A stretch of DNA of 64,000 bases from an uncultured Dehalococcoidia bacterium (GCA_964560025.1 CAZLKC010000007.1:7365-71364), one strand, 5' to 3'. Shown: positions 1 to 8,359, numbered from the stretch's first letter. A program made the numbers and translations. The notes: generated by a model from the letters alone, not told the origin.

Positions 1-1187
1 ACCTGGCCGAGCACGCGCAGGCGCGGCATCGCGGCGTCCGCCGGCGGGGGCGCGGGCTGAGGCGCGGCGGCAGGGCCTGCGGGCGCGAAAGGCAGCGGCG
101 GCGGGGTCGGCGAGGCGGCGACGGTGAAGGAGAAGGGGTTGGCCGCCGGGAGCGCGCCGTCGGGCGCGGCGGAGCGCTCGAAGGGGCGAGCGTCGACGAC
201 GGGAACGGCGGCGAGGAGGCTTTCGCGCACGCTGCGCTGGACGCTGGAGAAGGCGTCGCCTTCGCGGGCGAAGCGCACCTCGCGCTTGTTGGGGTGGACG
301 TTGGCGTCCACCTCGTGGGGCGGCGCCTCGACGTTGACGACGGCGATGGGGTAGCGCCCCTGCATCAGCAGCCCGGCGTAGGCCTCTTCGACCGCGACGG
401 AGAGGGCGCGGCTCTGCACCCACCGTCCGTTGACGAAGATGCGTATGGCGGCGCGGTTGGGGCGGCTGTGGGCAGGCGGCGAGATGAGGCCGGTGGCGCG
501 GAAGGGCGCGGCGGGCGAGGGCGCGAGGTCGAGCATCGCCTCGGCCAGTTCGGCGCCGTGAGCGGCGGTGAAGGCGTCGCGCAGCGCTCCGCCGGGCGTG
601 CGGAGGAGCGTCTTGCCGTCGGCGGAGAAGGTGAGCGCGACGGCGGGATAGGCGAGGGCGAGGTTCTCGACGGCTTGGCGGACGCGCCCCGTCTCGGCGC
701 CGGTGGAGCGCAGGAATTTGAGGCGCGCAGGCAGCGCCGAGAAGAGCGCCTCCACGCTCACCGTAACGCCTGGGGGCGCGCTTGCGGCGCCATTGGAGAG
801 CACCCTGCCCGCCTCCAACTCGATGGCGGCGCCCTCGCCGTCGGCCTGGCGGCTGACCAGGCGGACGCGGGCGGCGGCGGCGATGCTAGGCAGCGCCTCG
901 CCCCGGAAGCCGAGCGTGTGGAGCGCGTCCAGATCGTCCAGCGTGCGCAGTTTGGAGGTGGCGTGGCGCTGGAACGCCGTCTCGAGGTCGCCGGGGGCGA
1001 TGCCCGCGCCGTCGTCGGCGACGCGGATGCGCTTCAGCCCGCCCTGCTCGATCTCGACCGTAACCCGCGAGGCGCCCGCGTCGATGGAGTTTTCGACCAG
1101 CTCCTTGACGACAGAGGCGGGGCGTTCGATGACCTCGCCCGCGGCGATGGCGGAGGCGACGGCAGGTTCGAGGATGCGGATGCTCAC
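1..1187 (-). CDS. mutL: DNA mismatch repair protein MutL, N-terminal part (3' end runs off the window)
   Basis: Absent from the ORF track because there is no stop in the window. Reverse-strand translation from GTG at 1187 reads VSIRILEPAVASAIAAGEVIERPASVVKELVENSIDAG...GFRGEALPSIAAAARV...DANVHPNKREVRF, which are the GHKL-ATPase motifs of MutL. Confidence 0.9.
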   Translation of the reverse strand, partial: MSIRILEPAVASAIAAGEVIERPASVVKELVENSIDAGASRVTVEIEQGGLKRIRVADDGAGIAPGDLETAFQRHATSKLRTLDDLDALHTLGFRGEALPSIAAAARVRLVSRQADGEGAAIELEAGRVLSNGAASAPPGVTVSVEALFSALPARLKFLRSTGAETGRVRQAVENLALAYPAVALTFSADGKTLLRTPGGALRDAFTAAHGAELAEAMLDLAPSPAAPFRATGLISPPAHSRPNRAAIRIFVNGRWVQSRALSVAVEEAYAGLLMQGRYPIAVVNVEAPPHEVDANVHPNKREVRFAREGDAFSSVQRSVRESLLAAVPVVDARPFERSAAPDGALPAANPFSFTVAASPTPPPLPFAPAGPAAAPQPAPPPADAAMPRLRVLGQ

Positions 1188-1242
1188 GGCGTGCGGGGCA
1201 GTCCGCAGCGCGGCCGGTGCATGCTGCTCGAACGCAAAAACA

Positions 1243-1590
1243 TCACAGCGCCTCCGCCAGAACCTTCTCGACGGCGCCTGGGATGAGGCGTCCGTTGACC
1301 ACTGCGACGGGGCGTTTGAAGTAGCGCGGCTCCCGGGCGAGGAGGTCTAGCAGGTCGTCGTCGGAGAGCGCGTCGGCATCCAGGCCTGACGCCTTGAAGG
1401 TTTGCGACTTGAAGTTGAAGAGGGCGCGTGGCGACTCTCCCGCCAGCAGGTCGAGCGTCTCCTGCTTGGAGAGGGGCTGCTTGAAGAACTCGCGCTCGGT
1501 TACTCGCGCGTCCGCTTGCGAGAGAAACTCCCTCGCTCGTCGGCAGGCGGTTCACTTGGCGTAGTACAGGAACGTGACCTCGGCGGTCAT
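1243..1590 (-). CDS. ArsC/Spx-family (arsenate reductase/YffB-like) protein with in-frame UGA at the catalytic Cys position; candidate selenoprotein
   Basis: ATG at 1590 is preceded by GGGGAGG with 5-nt spacing. Translation: MTAEVTFLYYAK-[TGA 1552-1554]-TACRRAREFLSQADARVTEREFFKQPLSKQETLDLLAGESPRALFNFKSQTFKASGLDADALSDDDLLDLLAREPRYFKRPVAVVNGRLIPG...AL*. The layout matches the ArsC/YffB pattern (LYG..C.TC.KA..WL ... KRP). Frame and sequence were cross-checked against the overlapping track ORF 1184..1708. Confidence 0.7.
1518..1536 (-). promoter_or_regulatory. SECIS-like hairpin 15 nt downstream of the in-frame UGA
   Basis: The mRNA reads UGA-N15-GCGAGGG-AGUUU-CUCUCGC. This is a 7-bp stem including one G-U pair, with a 5-nt apical loop carrying G at position 2. 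An outer CCGC/GCGG pairing is possible. Confidence 0.45.
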
Positions 1591-1752
1591 AGGCGCCTCC
1601 CCGTGCAGTTCGGCCGATGCATCCGATTGTAGGGAGCGTCCCGCGCGGCTTGCAACGTCTACGCGGCGAGAGGAGCAGCCGTGGACGCCTGGCATAGACT
1701 ACGCTCATCTGTCCTACCTAAGGGCAGCAAGTCGTGAAGCGCGGGGTAGCGC

Positions 1753-2214
1753 TTGCGGAGAAAGGTTCTGCCAATGGCCCTTCCATTTCACGCCCAGACC
1801 GTCTACGTGTACCTGATTAGCAAAGTGGTGGATTCGAAGCAGGTGGTGACGTATGGGGAAGTAAGCGAAGCCACCGGGGTGCCGTTGGGGGAAGGCGGCG
1901 GCGCTGTGAAACACGCGTTGGCAAAGATTTTCCACGCCTGCGACGAGCAGCGCCTGCCGCCGCTCACCTCCATCGTGGTGCAAGAAGCCACCTGCTACGA
2001 CCCAACCCTCAGGCACGGCATGCCTGGCGGAGGCTATCTAGTAGCGGCGGCAGAAAGCCCTAACCAGGCCAGGCGGCGTGAGGACCCAGGCCTCGCGGCC
2101 TGGCAACGCAAACCTCGACCGGACGATGTGGACACATGGAAAATGCAGGGAATGATTGAGGCGCACCAGGACTCCGTGTGGGAATTTAACGGCGCCTGGC
2201 CAGACGTACTGTAA
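1753..2214 (+). CDS. Hypothetical protein, possible MGMT/ATL-like winged-helix domain without the acceptor Cys
   Basis: 153-aa ORF with normal amino-acid composition and visibly lower GC than its flanks. The stretch FHAQTVYVYL...VVTYGEVSEATG...LPPLTSIVV loosely resembles the MGMT DNA-binding domain, but no PCHR motif is present. The start may be the internal Met (MALPF). Confidence 0.5.
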   Translation: MRRKVLPMALPFHAQTVYVYLISKVVDSKQVVTYGEVSEATGVPLGEGGGAVKHALAKIFHACDEQRLPPLTSIVVQEATCYDPTLRHGMPGGGYLVAAAESPNQARRREDPGLAAWQRKPRPDDVDTWKMQGMIEAHQDSVWEFNGAWPDVL

Positions 2215-2307
2215 GCAGCACGTGGCGGCGGCGCCCGCAAGCGGAGGGCGGTAGGCGGCGGCGTGGACGCGGGCGGAGGGTTGCACTAGCATCGCGGCGG
2301 GCTTCTT

Positions 2308-2778
2308 ATGGCCGCCGACTACTTCCTGCTCGTCATACGCTGGATGCACGCCGTGGCTGCGGTCGCGTGGGTTGGCGGCGCGCTGTTCTACTGGCTCGCG
2401 CTGCGTCCCGCGCTACGGAGCGAGGCGGACTCGGGCGGGGTCGCACAACGGGCGGGGCGGGAGTTCGGGCAGGTGGTGCTGCTGTCGATGTGGGTGCTGG
2501 TCGTAACGGGCGGCATCCTCGCCGTGCAGCGGCTGTCGGAGGAGTCGGGCACGTTGGCCTACGCCGCCGTGCTGACCGTCAAGGTCGCGCTGGCGGCGTG
2601 GATGTTCTTGCTGGCGCTGTCGCGCGTCTCGCGGCGGCGGGAGGCGGACGCGGGGCGGCGCGGACGCCTGGGTATGGCGATGAACGCGCTGGGCCACGTG
2701 CATATGACCGCCGCGCTCGGCTTGGTCGTCATCTTCCTCTCGCTCGCGCTGCGCTTTCTGGTGGATGAAGGGGCTTAG
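2308..2778 (+). CDS. Integral membrane protein (CopD-like/DUF-type, about 4 TM)
   Basis: 156-aa ORF with hydrophobic helices (HAVAAVAWVGGALFYWLALRP, VLLSMWVLVVTGGILAV, ...). The alternative frames are Arg/Gly-rich artefacts. Confidence 0.7.
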   Translation: MAADYFLLVIRWMHAVAAVAWVGGALFYWLALRPALRSEADSGGVAQRAGREFGQVVLLSMWVLVVTGGILAVQRLSEESGTLAYAAVLTVKVALAAWMFLLALSRVSRRREADAGRRGRLGMAMNALGHVHMTAALGLVVIFLSLALRFLVDEGA

Positions 2779-2795
2779 GCTGGTAGACTGGGGCT

Positions 2796-2978
2796 ATGCG
2801 CCGCGACTTGCTGGACATCCTCGCCTGCCCGGACGATAAGGCTGCGCTGACGCTGTCGGCGGAGCAGGAGGCGGACGGCGAGGTGGCGAGCGGCGCGCTG
2901 ACCTGTGCCGCGTGCGGGGCGATCTACCCCATCGAGGACGGAATCCCCAACCTGCTGCCGCGGTCGATGCGGGGGTAA
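2796..2978 (+). CDS. Trm112-family small zinc-ribbon-like protein (UPF0434)
   Basis: 60 aa: LLDILACPDDKAALT...LTCAACGAIYPIEDGIPNLLP is the characteristic Trm112/YcaR signature. Confidence 0.8.
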   Translation: MRRDLLDILACPDDKAALTLSAEQEADGEVASGALTCAACGAIYPIEDGIPNLLPRSMRG

Positions 2979-2990
2979 GGGGGAGGACAC

Positions 2991-3195
2991 GCGCCCTTCG
3001 AGTTCCCTCAGGCGAACGGGTTGGGCACCCAGGACGAGCGGGGTGCGCGCGAACACCGCCCATCGCGCCCTAGTGTCGTTGGGGTGTGTCTTGGGGATGC
3101 GGGGCGCCCCGCGTCGAGGTTCTCGCCTCCGCGAGAACGGCGGAGTGGGGGCGCAGGAACGGCGGAGAAGAGAGGGCGGCAACGATGGGCTGGGG
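2991..3195 (+). repeat. Composite intergenic repeat: module A, module D, module B hairpin (TC/GA variant), then 2-3 GGAACGGCGG tail units
   Basis: A = gcgcccttcgagttccctcaggcgaacgg (2991-3019). B = gcgtcgaggttctcgcctccgcgagaacggcgg (3111-3143). The same modules recur through the window. Confidence 0.85.
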
Positions 3196-3199
3196 CGCC

Positions 3200-4015
3200 C
3201 TACCCACCCCAGTTGAAGAGTTGGGCGCGGCGGTAGCCCAAGTAGCGCTCGGCCACGAAGGTTAGGGGTTTCTTCGCCTCGGCTACGTGGGCGCTGAGGC
3301 GGTCGAAGAGCGGCGCCAGCGCGGCGGGCGCGTCCGGATGCGACGCGGCGGCGGCGTAGGCTTGCTGCGCGGTCGTCTCGTATTCCTCGGTGGTCAAACG
3401 TCCTGAAAGGCGCGGGCGCAGCGCGCCGGAGCCGGGGTAGCGCGCGGCAAGCGCCGGGTAGTCGGGGAGGACGCCGAGGATGAAGAGGCACGCGTCCGCC
3501 GTGCGCTTGTAGAGCGGCAGGCGCTCCTCGTCCGTTGCATCCTCGGCTCGGCGCACGAGGCTGCGCACGTCGAGGTCGTTGTAGCGGCTCTTGCGCCAGA
3601 CGCCTCGGCGGACGCGTACGCGCACCGTGCGCCCCTCGATGCGGGTGAAGGAGGCGAGCAGGTGGGCGAGGTAGCCGACGACGCCGGGAGCTGACGCGAA
3701 GGAGGCGACGCCGGGGGCGTCGAAGACGGGGACGCGGCCGGCGCCGTCGCGCTCGATGGTGTAGCGCGCCCGCGCCATCTCGCGCACGGCGCGCAGCAGC
3801 AACGCCTCGAAGAAGAGGCGCGGGGTTACGTAGACGAAGGGTTCGTCGCCCGATAGGAGCGCGTCGAACAGGCGCGGATCGGCGAGCATCGCCTCGCGGC
3901 CGTCGCCCGCGAGGCGCGTGCGCACGACGTCGGCGTCGTCAAGGCCGAGCGCCCCGGCGACGAAGGCGGCGTCCTTCTCGCTCACGACATGCTGAAAGAG
4001 GCGCGTTTCGACCAC
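3200..4015 (-). CDS. Hypothetical protein (271 aa), no recognisable domain
   Basis: Long ORF with balanced composition (F, Y, K, E present), lying 40 nt downstream of the RraA-like gene on the same strand. Confidence 0.6.
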   Translation of the reverse strand: MVETRLFQHVVSEKDAAFVAGALGLDDADVVRTRLAGDGREAMLADPRLFDALLSGDEPFVYVTPRLFFEALLLRAVREMARARYTIERDGAGRVPVFDAPGVASFASAPGVVGYLAHLLASFTRIEGRTVRVRVRRGVWRKSRYNDLDVRSLVRRAEDATDEERLPLYKRTADACLFILGVLPDYPALAARYPGSGALRPRLSGRLTTEEYETTAQQAYAAAASHPDAPAALAPLFDRLSAHVAEAKKPLTFVAERYLGYRRAQLFNWGG

Positions 4016-4054
4016 GTTGGCGCTCCGGCGGGCGGCGCTCAGGGGCGCCCTGCC

Positions 4055-4765
4055 CTACTCTTTCGCCTCCCGCTCGCGGCGGAGCAGGTCTCTTGCGGCG
4101 TCGTTGAAGGGGTAGTACTTGCCGGGGGAGACGTCTTCGGTGAGGAGTTGGCGCTTGACGGCGGCCTCGAGCGCCTCGTGCTCGCGGGCCTGCTCGATCA
4201 CCTGGGCGGCGAGTTGGCGGGGCACGACCACGACGCCTCCGTCGTCGGCGGTGATGTAGTCGCCGGGGCGGACGAGGACGCCGCCGCACTGGACGGGCAG
4301 TTGCGCGTCGCAGGGGAGCATATGGGACGGCATCGTCATATTGGTCTCGCGAGCGGCGAATACGCCGATGCCGTAGGAGCGGAGCGTCGCCAGGTCGCGC
4401 ACGCCGCCGTCGGTAACGACGCCCTCGGCGCCGCGCTGCTTGAGGCGCCACAGTTTGATGTCGCCTGCGGAGGACGCCCACCCGCCGCGCATAGCGTCCA
4501 TCACCAGCACGTCGCCGGAGCCGCAGGCCTCCATCGCGCGGTACTCGGCGCTGCCGGGGCCGCCGACGACCTCGGCGCGCAGGTCGGGCCTGCTGGGGAC
4601 GAAGCGCATCGTTACGGCGCGGCCCGCGGTCTTTTGGCCGGGGATGAGGGAGGCGACGCCTTGCATCTGGACGTTGACGTAGCCCATGCCGTCGAGCACG
4701 TCGAGGCAGGCGGCGGCGGGAAGTTCGCGGAGGGCTTGGAGGATGGCGTCGTCGTCGGGGGGCAT
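4055..4765 (-). CDS. RraA-family protein (HMG/CHA aldolase / oxaloacetate decarboxylase-like)
   Basis: 236 aa with the pattern GRAVT..F.P...GDVLV.D......A..G......L...G..G.V.DG.VRD typical of the RraA/LigK-like fold. It is longer than E. coli RraA. Confidence 0.8.
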   Translation of the reverse strand: MPPDDDAILQALRELPAAACLDVLDGMGYVNVQMQGVASLIPGQKTAGRAVTMRFVPSRPDLRAEVVGGPGSAEYRAMEACGSGDVLVMDAMRGGWASSAGDIKLWRLKQRGAEGVVTDGGVRDLATLRSYGIGVFAARETNMTMPSHMLPCDAQLPVQCGGVLVRPGDYITADDGGVVVVPRQLAAQVIEQAREHEALEAAVKRQLLTEDVSPGKYYPFNDAARDLLRREREAKE

Positions 4766-4821
4766 AGGCGGCGGCCTCTGGGGCGGGCGGCATGATAGCG
4801 CCCCGCCGTTAGCGCGTGTGC

Positions 4822-4968
4822 GGCGCCCTTCGAGTTCCCTCAGGGCGAGCGGAGAGGAGCGGGGCGCGTCTCGGCGGAACAGGTATTGGGGATACGGGGA
4901 GTTGCGCGTCGAGGTTCCTGCCTACATAGGAACAACGGATAAGGCGCAGGAATGACAGATAAGAGGGG
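4822..4968 (+). repeat. Composite intergenic repeat: module A, D-like segment, decayed module B hairpin, two tail units
   Basis: ggcgcccttcgagttccctcagggcgagcgg (4822-4852); gcgtcgaggttcctgcctacataggaacaacgg (about 4905-4937); tail ggataaggcgcaggaatgacagataagaggggg. Confidence 0.8.
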
Positions 4969-5111
4969 GCGGCGTTTACAGGCGGGGCGGGCTTTGCTAT
5001 TTTGGCGTGGAGCCGGGTGGTTCGCGCGGGCAAGACGGGCTTCGTCCGGCGGCGGAAATCAGGGCGGGCAAGGACGAGGCGGCCCGGCGCCGCCGGGGAG
5101 AGTTCGACGCC

Positions 5112-5588
5112 GTGCGCATCGTCATCGGGTCCGACCACGCGGGGCTGCCGCTGAAGAAAGAGGCGGGGGAGTGGCTGCGGGAGTGGGGGTTCGAGGTGGA
5201 CGACGTGGGCGCACACGCCTACGACCCGGACGACGACTACCCCGACTTCTCCTTCGCGGTCGCCGAGGCGGTGGCGGGCGGGCGCGCCGACCGGGGCGTC
5301 ATCTTCTGCGGAAGCGGCGTGGGCGCGAGCATCGCGGCGAACAAGATGCCGGGGGTGCGCGCGGCGACGTGCCACGATTCCTACTCCGCGCACCAGGGCG
5401 TCGAGCACGACGATATGAACGTGCTGTGCTTGGGCGCGCGGGTGATCGGTCTGGAGCCAGCGCGCGAGGCGCTGCAAGCGTTCGTGGGGGCGTGGTTCAG
5501 CGGAGAGGAGCGGCACGCGCGGCGCCTCGCCAAGGTCAAGGCGGCGGAGGCGGCCTATCTGCGCGCGGGAGCGGAGGGGGCGACGTGA
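5112..5588 (+). CDS. rpiB: Ribose-5-phosphate isomerase B
   Basis: VRIVIGSDHAG...VIFCGSGVGASIAANKMPGVRAA.CHD..SA...VEHDDMNVLCLG is the RpiB/LacAB signature. GTG at 5112 is preceded by GGGGAGAG. The track ORF starts further upstream at 5007. Confidence 0.9.
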   Translation: MRIVIGSDHAGLPLKKEAGEWLREWGFEVDDVGAHAYDPDDDYPDFSFAVAEAVAGGRADRGVIFCGSGVGASIAANKMPGVRAATCHDSYSAHQGVEHDDMNVLCLGARVIGLEPAREALQAFVGAWFSGEERHARRLAKVKAAEAAYLRAGAEGAT

Positions 5589-8359
5589 CGGACAACGCGA
5601 TCCTCCAAGCGCAGAGGCTGGGGCAATCGGTCTGGTACGACAACATCCGGCGCGATTTCTTCGCGTCGGGGCGGTTCGACGAGCTGCTGCGCAACGGGAT
5701 AACGGGCGTAACGTCGAACCCGACCATCTTCGAGAAGGCGCTGGCGTCGACGAACGAGTACGACGCGCAGTTGGCGGAGGTGTGGGCGCGGGGCGCGTCC
5801 GCCGCCGAGGCGTTCGAGGAGCTGGCCGTTCACGACATCCGCCTGGCCGCCGACGCGCTGCACGGCGTCTACGAGCGCACGGAGGGGCGGGACGGGTTCG
5901 CGTCCTACGAACTGCCGCCGGAGTTGTCGCACGACGAGGAGGGTTCGGTGCGGGAGGCGGTTCGCCTGTTCGGCAAGCTGGACAGGCCGAACGTGATGAT
6001 CAAGGTTCCGGCGACGGAGGCGGGCGTCCGCGCGGTGCGGCGCCTCATCGGGGCGGGCGTAAACGTGAACGTTACGCTCATCTTCTCGCTCGCGGCCTAT
6101 GACAGCGTGATGGAGGCCTACCTGGGCGGGCTGGAAGAACTGGCGGCGAACGGGGGCGAGGTTGGACACGTCGCGTCGGTGGCGTCGTTCTTCGTGAGCC
6201 GGGTGGACACGGCGGTGGACGCGCAGTTGCGGGAGGCGGCCTCGCGGGGCGACGCGGCGGCGGAGACGCTGACGGGCAAGGCGGCGGTGGCGAACGCGAG
6301 CGCGGCATACGCGCGGTTCCGGGCGGCGTTCGGCGGCGAGCGGTTCGCGGCGTTGGAGCGCAAGGGGGCGCGTCCGCAGCGTCCGCTGTGGGCGAGCACC
6401 TCCACCAAAGACCCCGCACTGTCCGACACGCTGTACTTCGACGAATTGGTCGGGCCGGGGACGGTCAACACGATGCCGGACGCAACGGTGGAGGCGGCGC
6501 TCGACCACGGGCGCGCGGAGGTTCGCCTCGACGACCGCGCCACGGGGGCAAAGGGCACGCTCACGGCGCTCGCGAGCGCCGGAGTGGACATGGAGGCGGT
6601 TACGGCCAAACTACTGGCGGACGGGGTGGAGGCGTTCGCCGCCTCCTATCGCGCGGTGATGGCGACCATCGAGCGCAAATGCGCGGGGCTGCCGCAGCCC
6701 ATCGCCGGTGGCGCGGACGCAGCGCCGATGGCGGGGGCGGAGATGCGGCTGGGCGAGCACGAGGCGGCGTTCGCTGAGGCGTTGGCGCGGCTGGACGCGG
6801 AGCGTGTAGTGGAGCGCGTTTGGGCCAAAGACCACACGCTGTGGAATCCCGACCCGGCGGAGATTGTCGATCGGTTGGGGTGGCTAAGGGTGGCCGACGC
6901 GATGCGCCCGTGCCTGGCCGAGTTGGAGGCGTTCGCGGCTGAGGTGAAGGCGGCGGGCTACGGCAAGGCGGTGCTGCTGGCGATGGGGGGAAGCGCGTTC
7001 GCGCCGGAGCTCTACCGCAGCGTGTTCGGCTGCGCCGAGGGGTGCCCCGACTTCGAGATGCTGGACTCCACTACGCCGGGGCGCGTGCGGGAGGTGACCG
7101 GCGACCTCGACCCGGCGCGGACGCTGTTCATCGTCTCGTCCAAATCGGGCGGGACGGTCGAAGTGGTTTCGTTCTACCGCCACTTCCGTGCGCTGGCGGA
7201 CGCGGCGCTGGGGCGCGAGCGGGCGGGAGCGAACTTCATCGCCATCACAGACGCGGGCACCGCGTTGGAGCGTATGGCGCGGGAGGAGGGGTTCCGCCGC
7301 GCGTTCTTGAACCCGGCGGACATCGGCGGGCGCTTCTCGGGACAGTCGCTGTTCGGGCTCGTCCCCGCCGCAGTCATCGGGATGGACGTGGGGCGGTTCA
7401 CGGCGTCGGTGGACTCGATGCGCCTCCACTGCGAGCAGCCCCGGGCGGCCGAAAACCCCGGCGCGCGGCTGGGCGCGGCGCTTGCGGCGCTTGCGGAATG
7501 CGGCGCGGACAAGGTGGAGTTGGTTACGTCGCCGTCGCTGGAGGCGCTGGGGCTGTGGACGGAGCAGTTGCTGGCGGAAAGCCTGGGCAAGGACGGCAAG
7601 GGCGTCGTGCCCATTGCGGGCGAGCCGCCCGTCGCGCCGCACGTCTACAACGCCGACCGCCTCTTCGCCTACATCCGCCTCGCGGGCGACGACAACGGCG
7701 CCGCGGACGAGCGCGTGGACGCGCTGGCGGCGGCGGGCAAGCCGGTCGTGCGCCTCGGCCTGGAGGACGCCTACGACCTGGGCGGCGAGTTGTACCGCTG
7801 GGAGTTCGCAACGGCGATAGCGGGCGCGCTGCTGGGCGTTCATCCCTTCGACCAGCCGAACGTGCAGGAGGCGAAGGACATCGCCTCGGCGGCGGTGGAG
7901 GCGTACGAGCAGACGGGCGCCCTGCCCGACCCGGGCGAGACGCCGAACGCGGAGGCGCTGCTGCGGTTGATCGAGCAGGGCGACTACGTTGCATTCCAGG
8001 TCTATCAGCCGCAGTCGGCGGAGTTGGACGCGGCGCTGGACAGGGCGCGGCGCGCCGTCGTGGAGCGGTTCGGCGCGGCGGCGGCGGCGGGCTACGGGCC
8101 GCGCTACCTGCATTCCACGGGGCAACTGCACAAGGCGGGGCCGAACACGGGCGTGTTCTTCCAGGTGGTCGGCGGCGATGACGCCGACTTGCCTATCCCG
8201 GGGCGCGGGTACTCGTTCGGCGTGCTGGCGCGGGCGCAGGCGGACGGCGACCTGCGGTCGCTGCTGCAGCGGGGACGGCGGGCGGCGCGCATCGACGCGA
8301 GCGGTGGAGCGGCGGCGGCGCTGGACGCGTTCGCGGAGCGCGTGCGGCGCTTCGCCTAG
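5585..8359 (+). CDS. tal-pgi: Bifunctional transaldolase / glucose-6-phosphate isomerase
   Basis: Real part of track ORF 4952..8359. From GTG 5585 (GTGA overlap with the rpiB stop) it reads VTDNAILQAQRLGQSVWYDNIRRD...GVTSNPTIFEKA...MIKVPAT (transaldolase). This is followed by a PGI-like SIS half (LLAMGGSAFAPE...FIVSSKSGGTVE). Confidence 0.88.
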   Translation: MTDNAILQAQRLGQSVWYDNIRRDFFASGRFDELLRNGITGVTSNPTIFEKALASTNEYDAQLAEVWARGASAAEAFEELAVHDIRLAADALHGVYERTEGRDGFASYELPPELSHDEEGSVREAVRLFGKLDRPNVMIKVPATEAGVRAVRRLIGAGVNVNVTLIFSLAAYDSVMEAYLGGLEELAANGGEVGHVASVASFFVSRVDTAVDAQLREAASRGDAAAETLTGKAAVANASAAYARFRAAFGGERFAALERKGARPQRPLWASTSTKDPALSDTLYFDELVGPGTVNTMPDATVEAALDHGRAEVRLDDRATGAKGTLTALASAGVDMEAVTAKLLADGVEAFAASYRAVMATIERKCAGLPQPIAGGADAAPMAGAEMRLGEHEAAFAEALARLDAERVVERVWAKDHTLWNPDPAEIVDRLGWLRVADAMRPCLAELEAFAAEVKAAGYGKAVLLAMGGSAFAPELYRSVFGCAEGCPDFEMLDSTTPGRVREVTGDLDPARTLFIVSSKSGGTVEVVSFYRHFRALADAALGRERAGANFIAITDAGTALERMAREEGFRRAFLNPADIGGRFSGQSLFGLVPAAVIGMDVGRFTASVDSMRLHCEQPRAAENPGARLGAALAALAECGADKVELVTSPSLEALGLWTEQLLAESLGKDGKGVVPIAGEPPVAPHVYNADRLFAYIRLAGDDNGAADERVDALAAAGKPVVRLGLEDAYDLGGELYRWEFATAIAGALLGVHPFDQPNVQEAKDIASAAVEAYEQTGALPDPGETPNAEALLRLIEQGDYVAFQVYQPQSAELDAALDRARRAVVERFGAAAAAGYGPRYLHSTGQLHKAGPNTGVFFQVVGGDDADLPIPGRGYSFGVLARAQADGDLRSLLQRGRRAARIDASGGAAAALDAFAERVRRFA

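Noticed and set aside
4952-5584. The N-terminal ~210 aa of the 1135-aa track ORF, and the over-extended N-termini of other ORFs (15116..17122, 34869..37286, 43402..45036, 45581..47014, 46518..47753, 49299..50798)
   Set aside because: The upstream parts are Arg/Gly/Pro-rich, overlap repeat modules or other real genes, and lack homology. Internal starts with SD sites or stop-start overlaps give proteins of canonical length.
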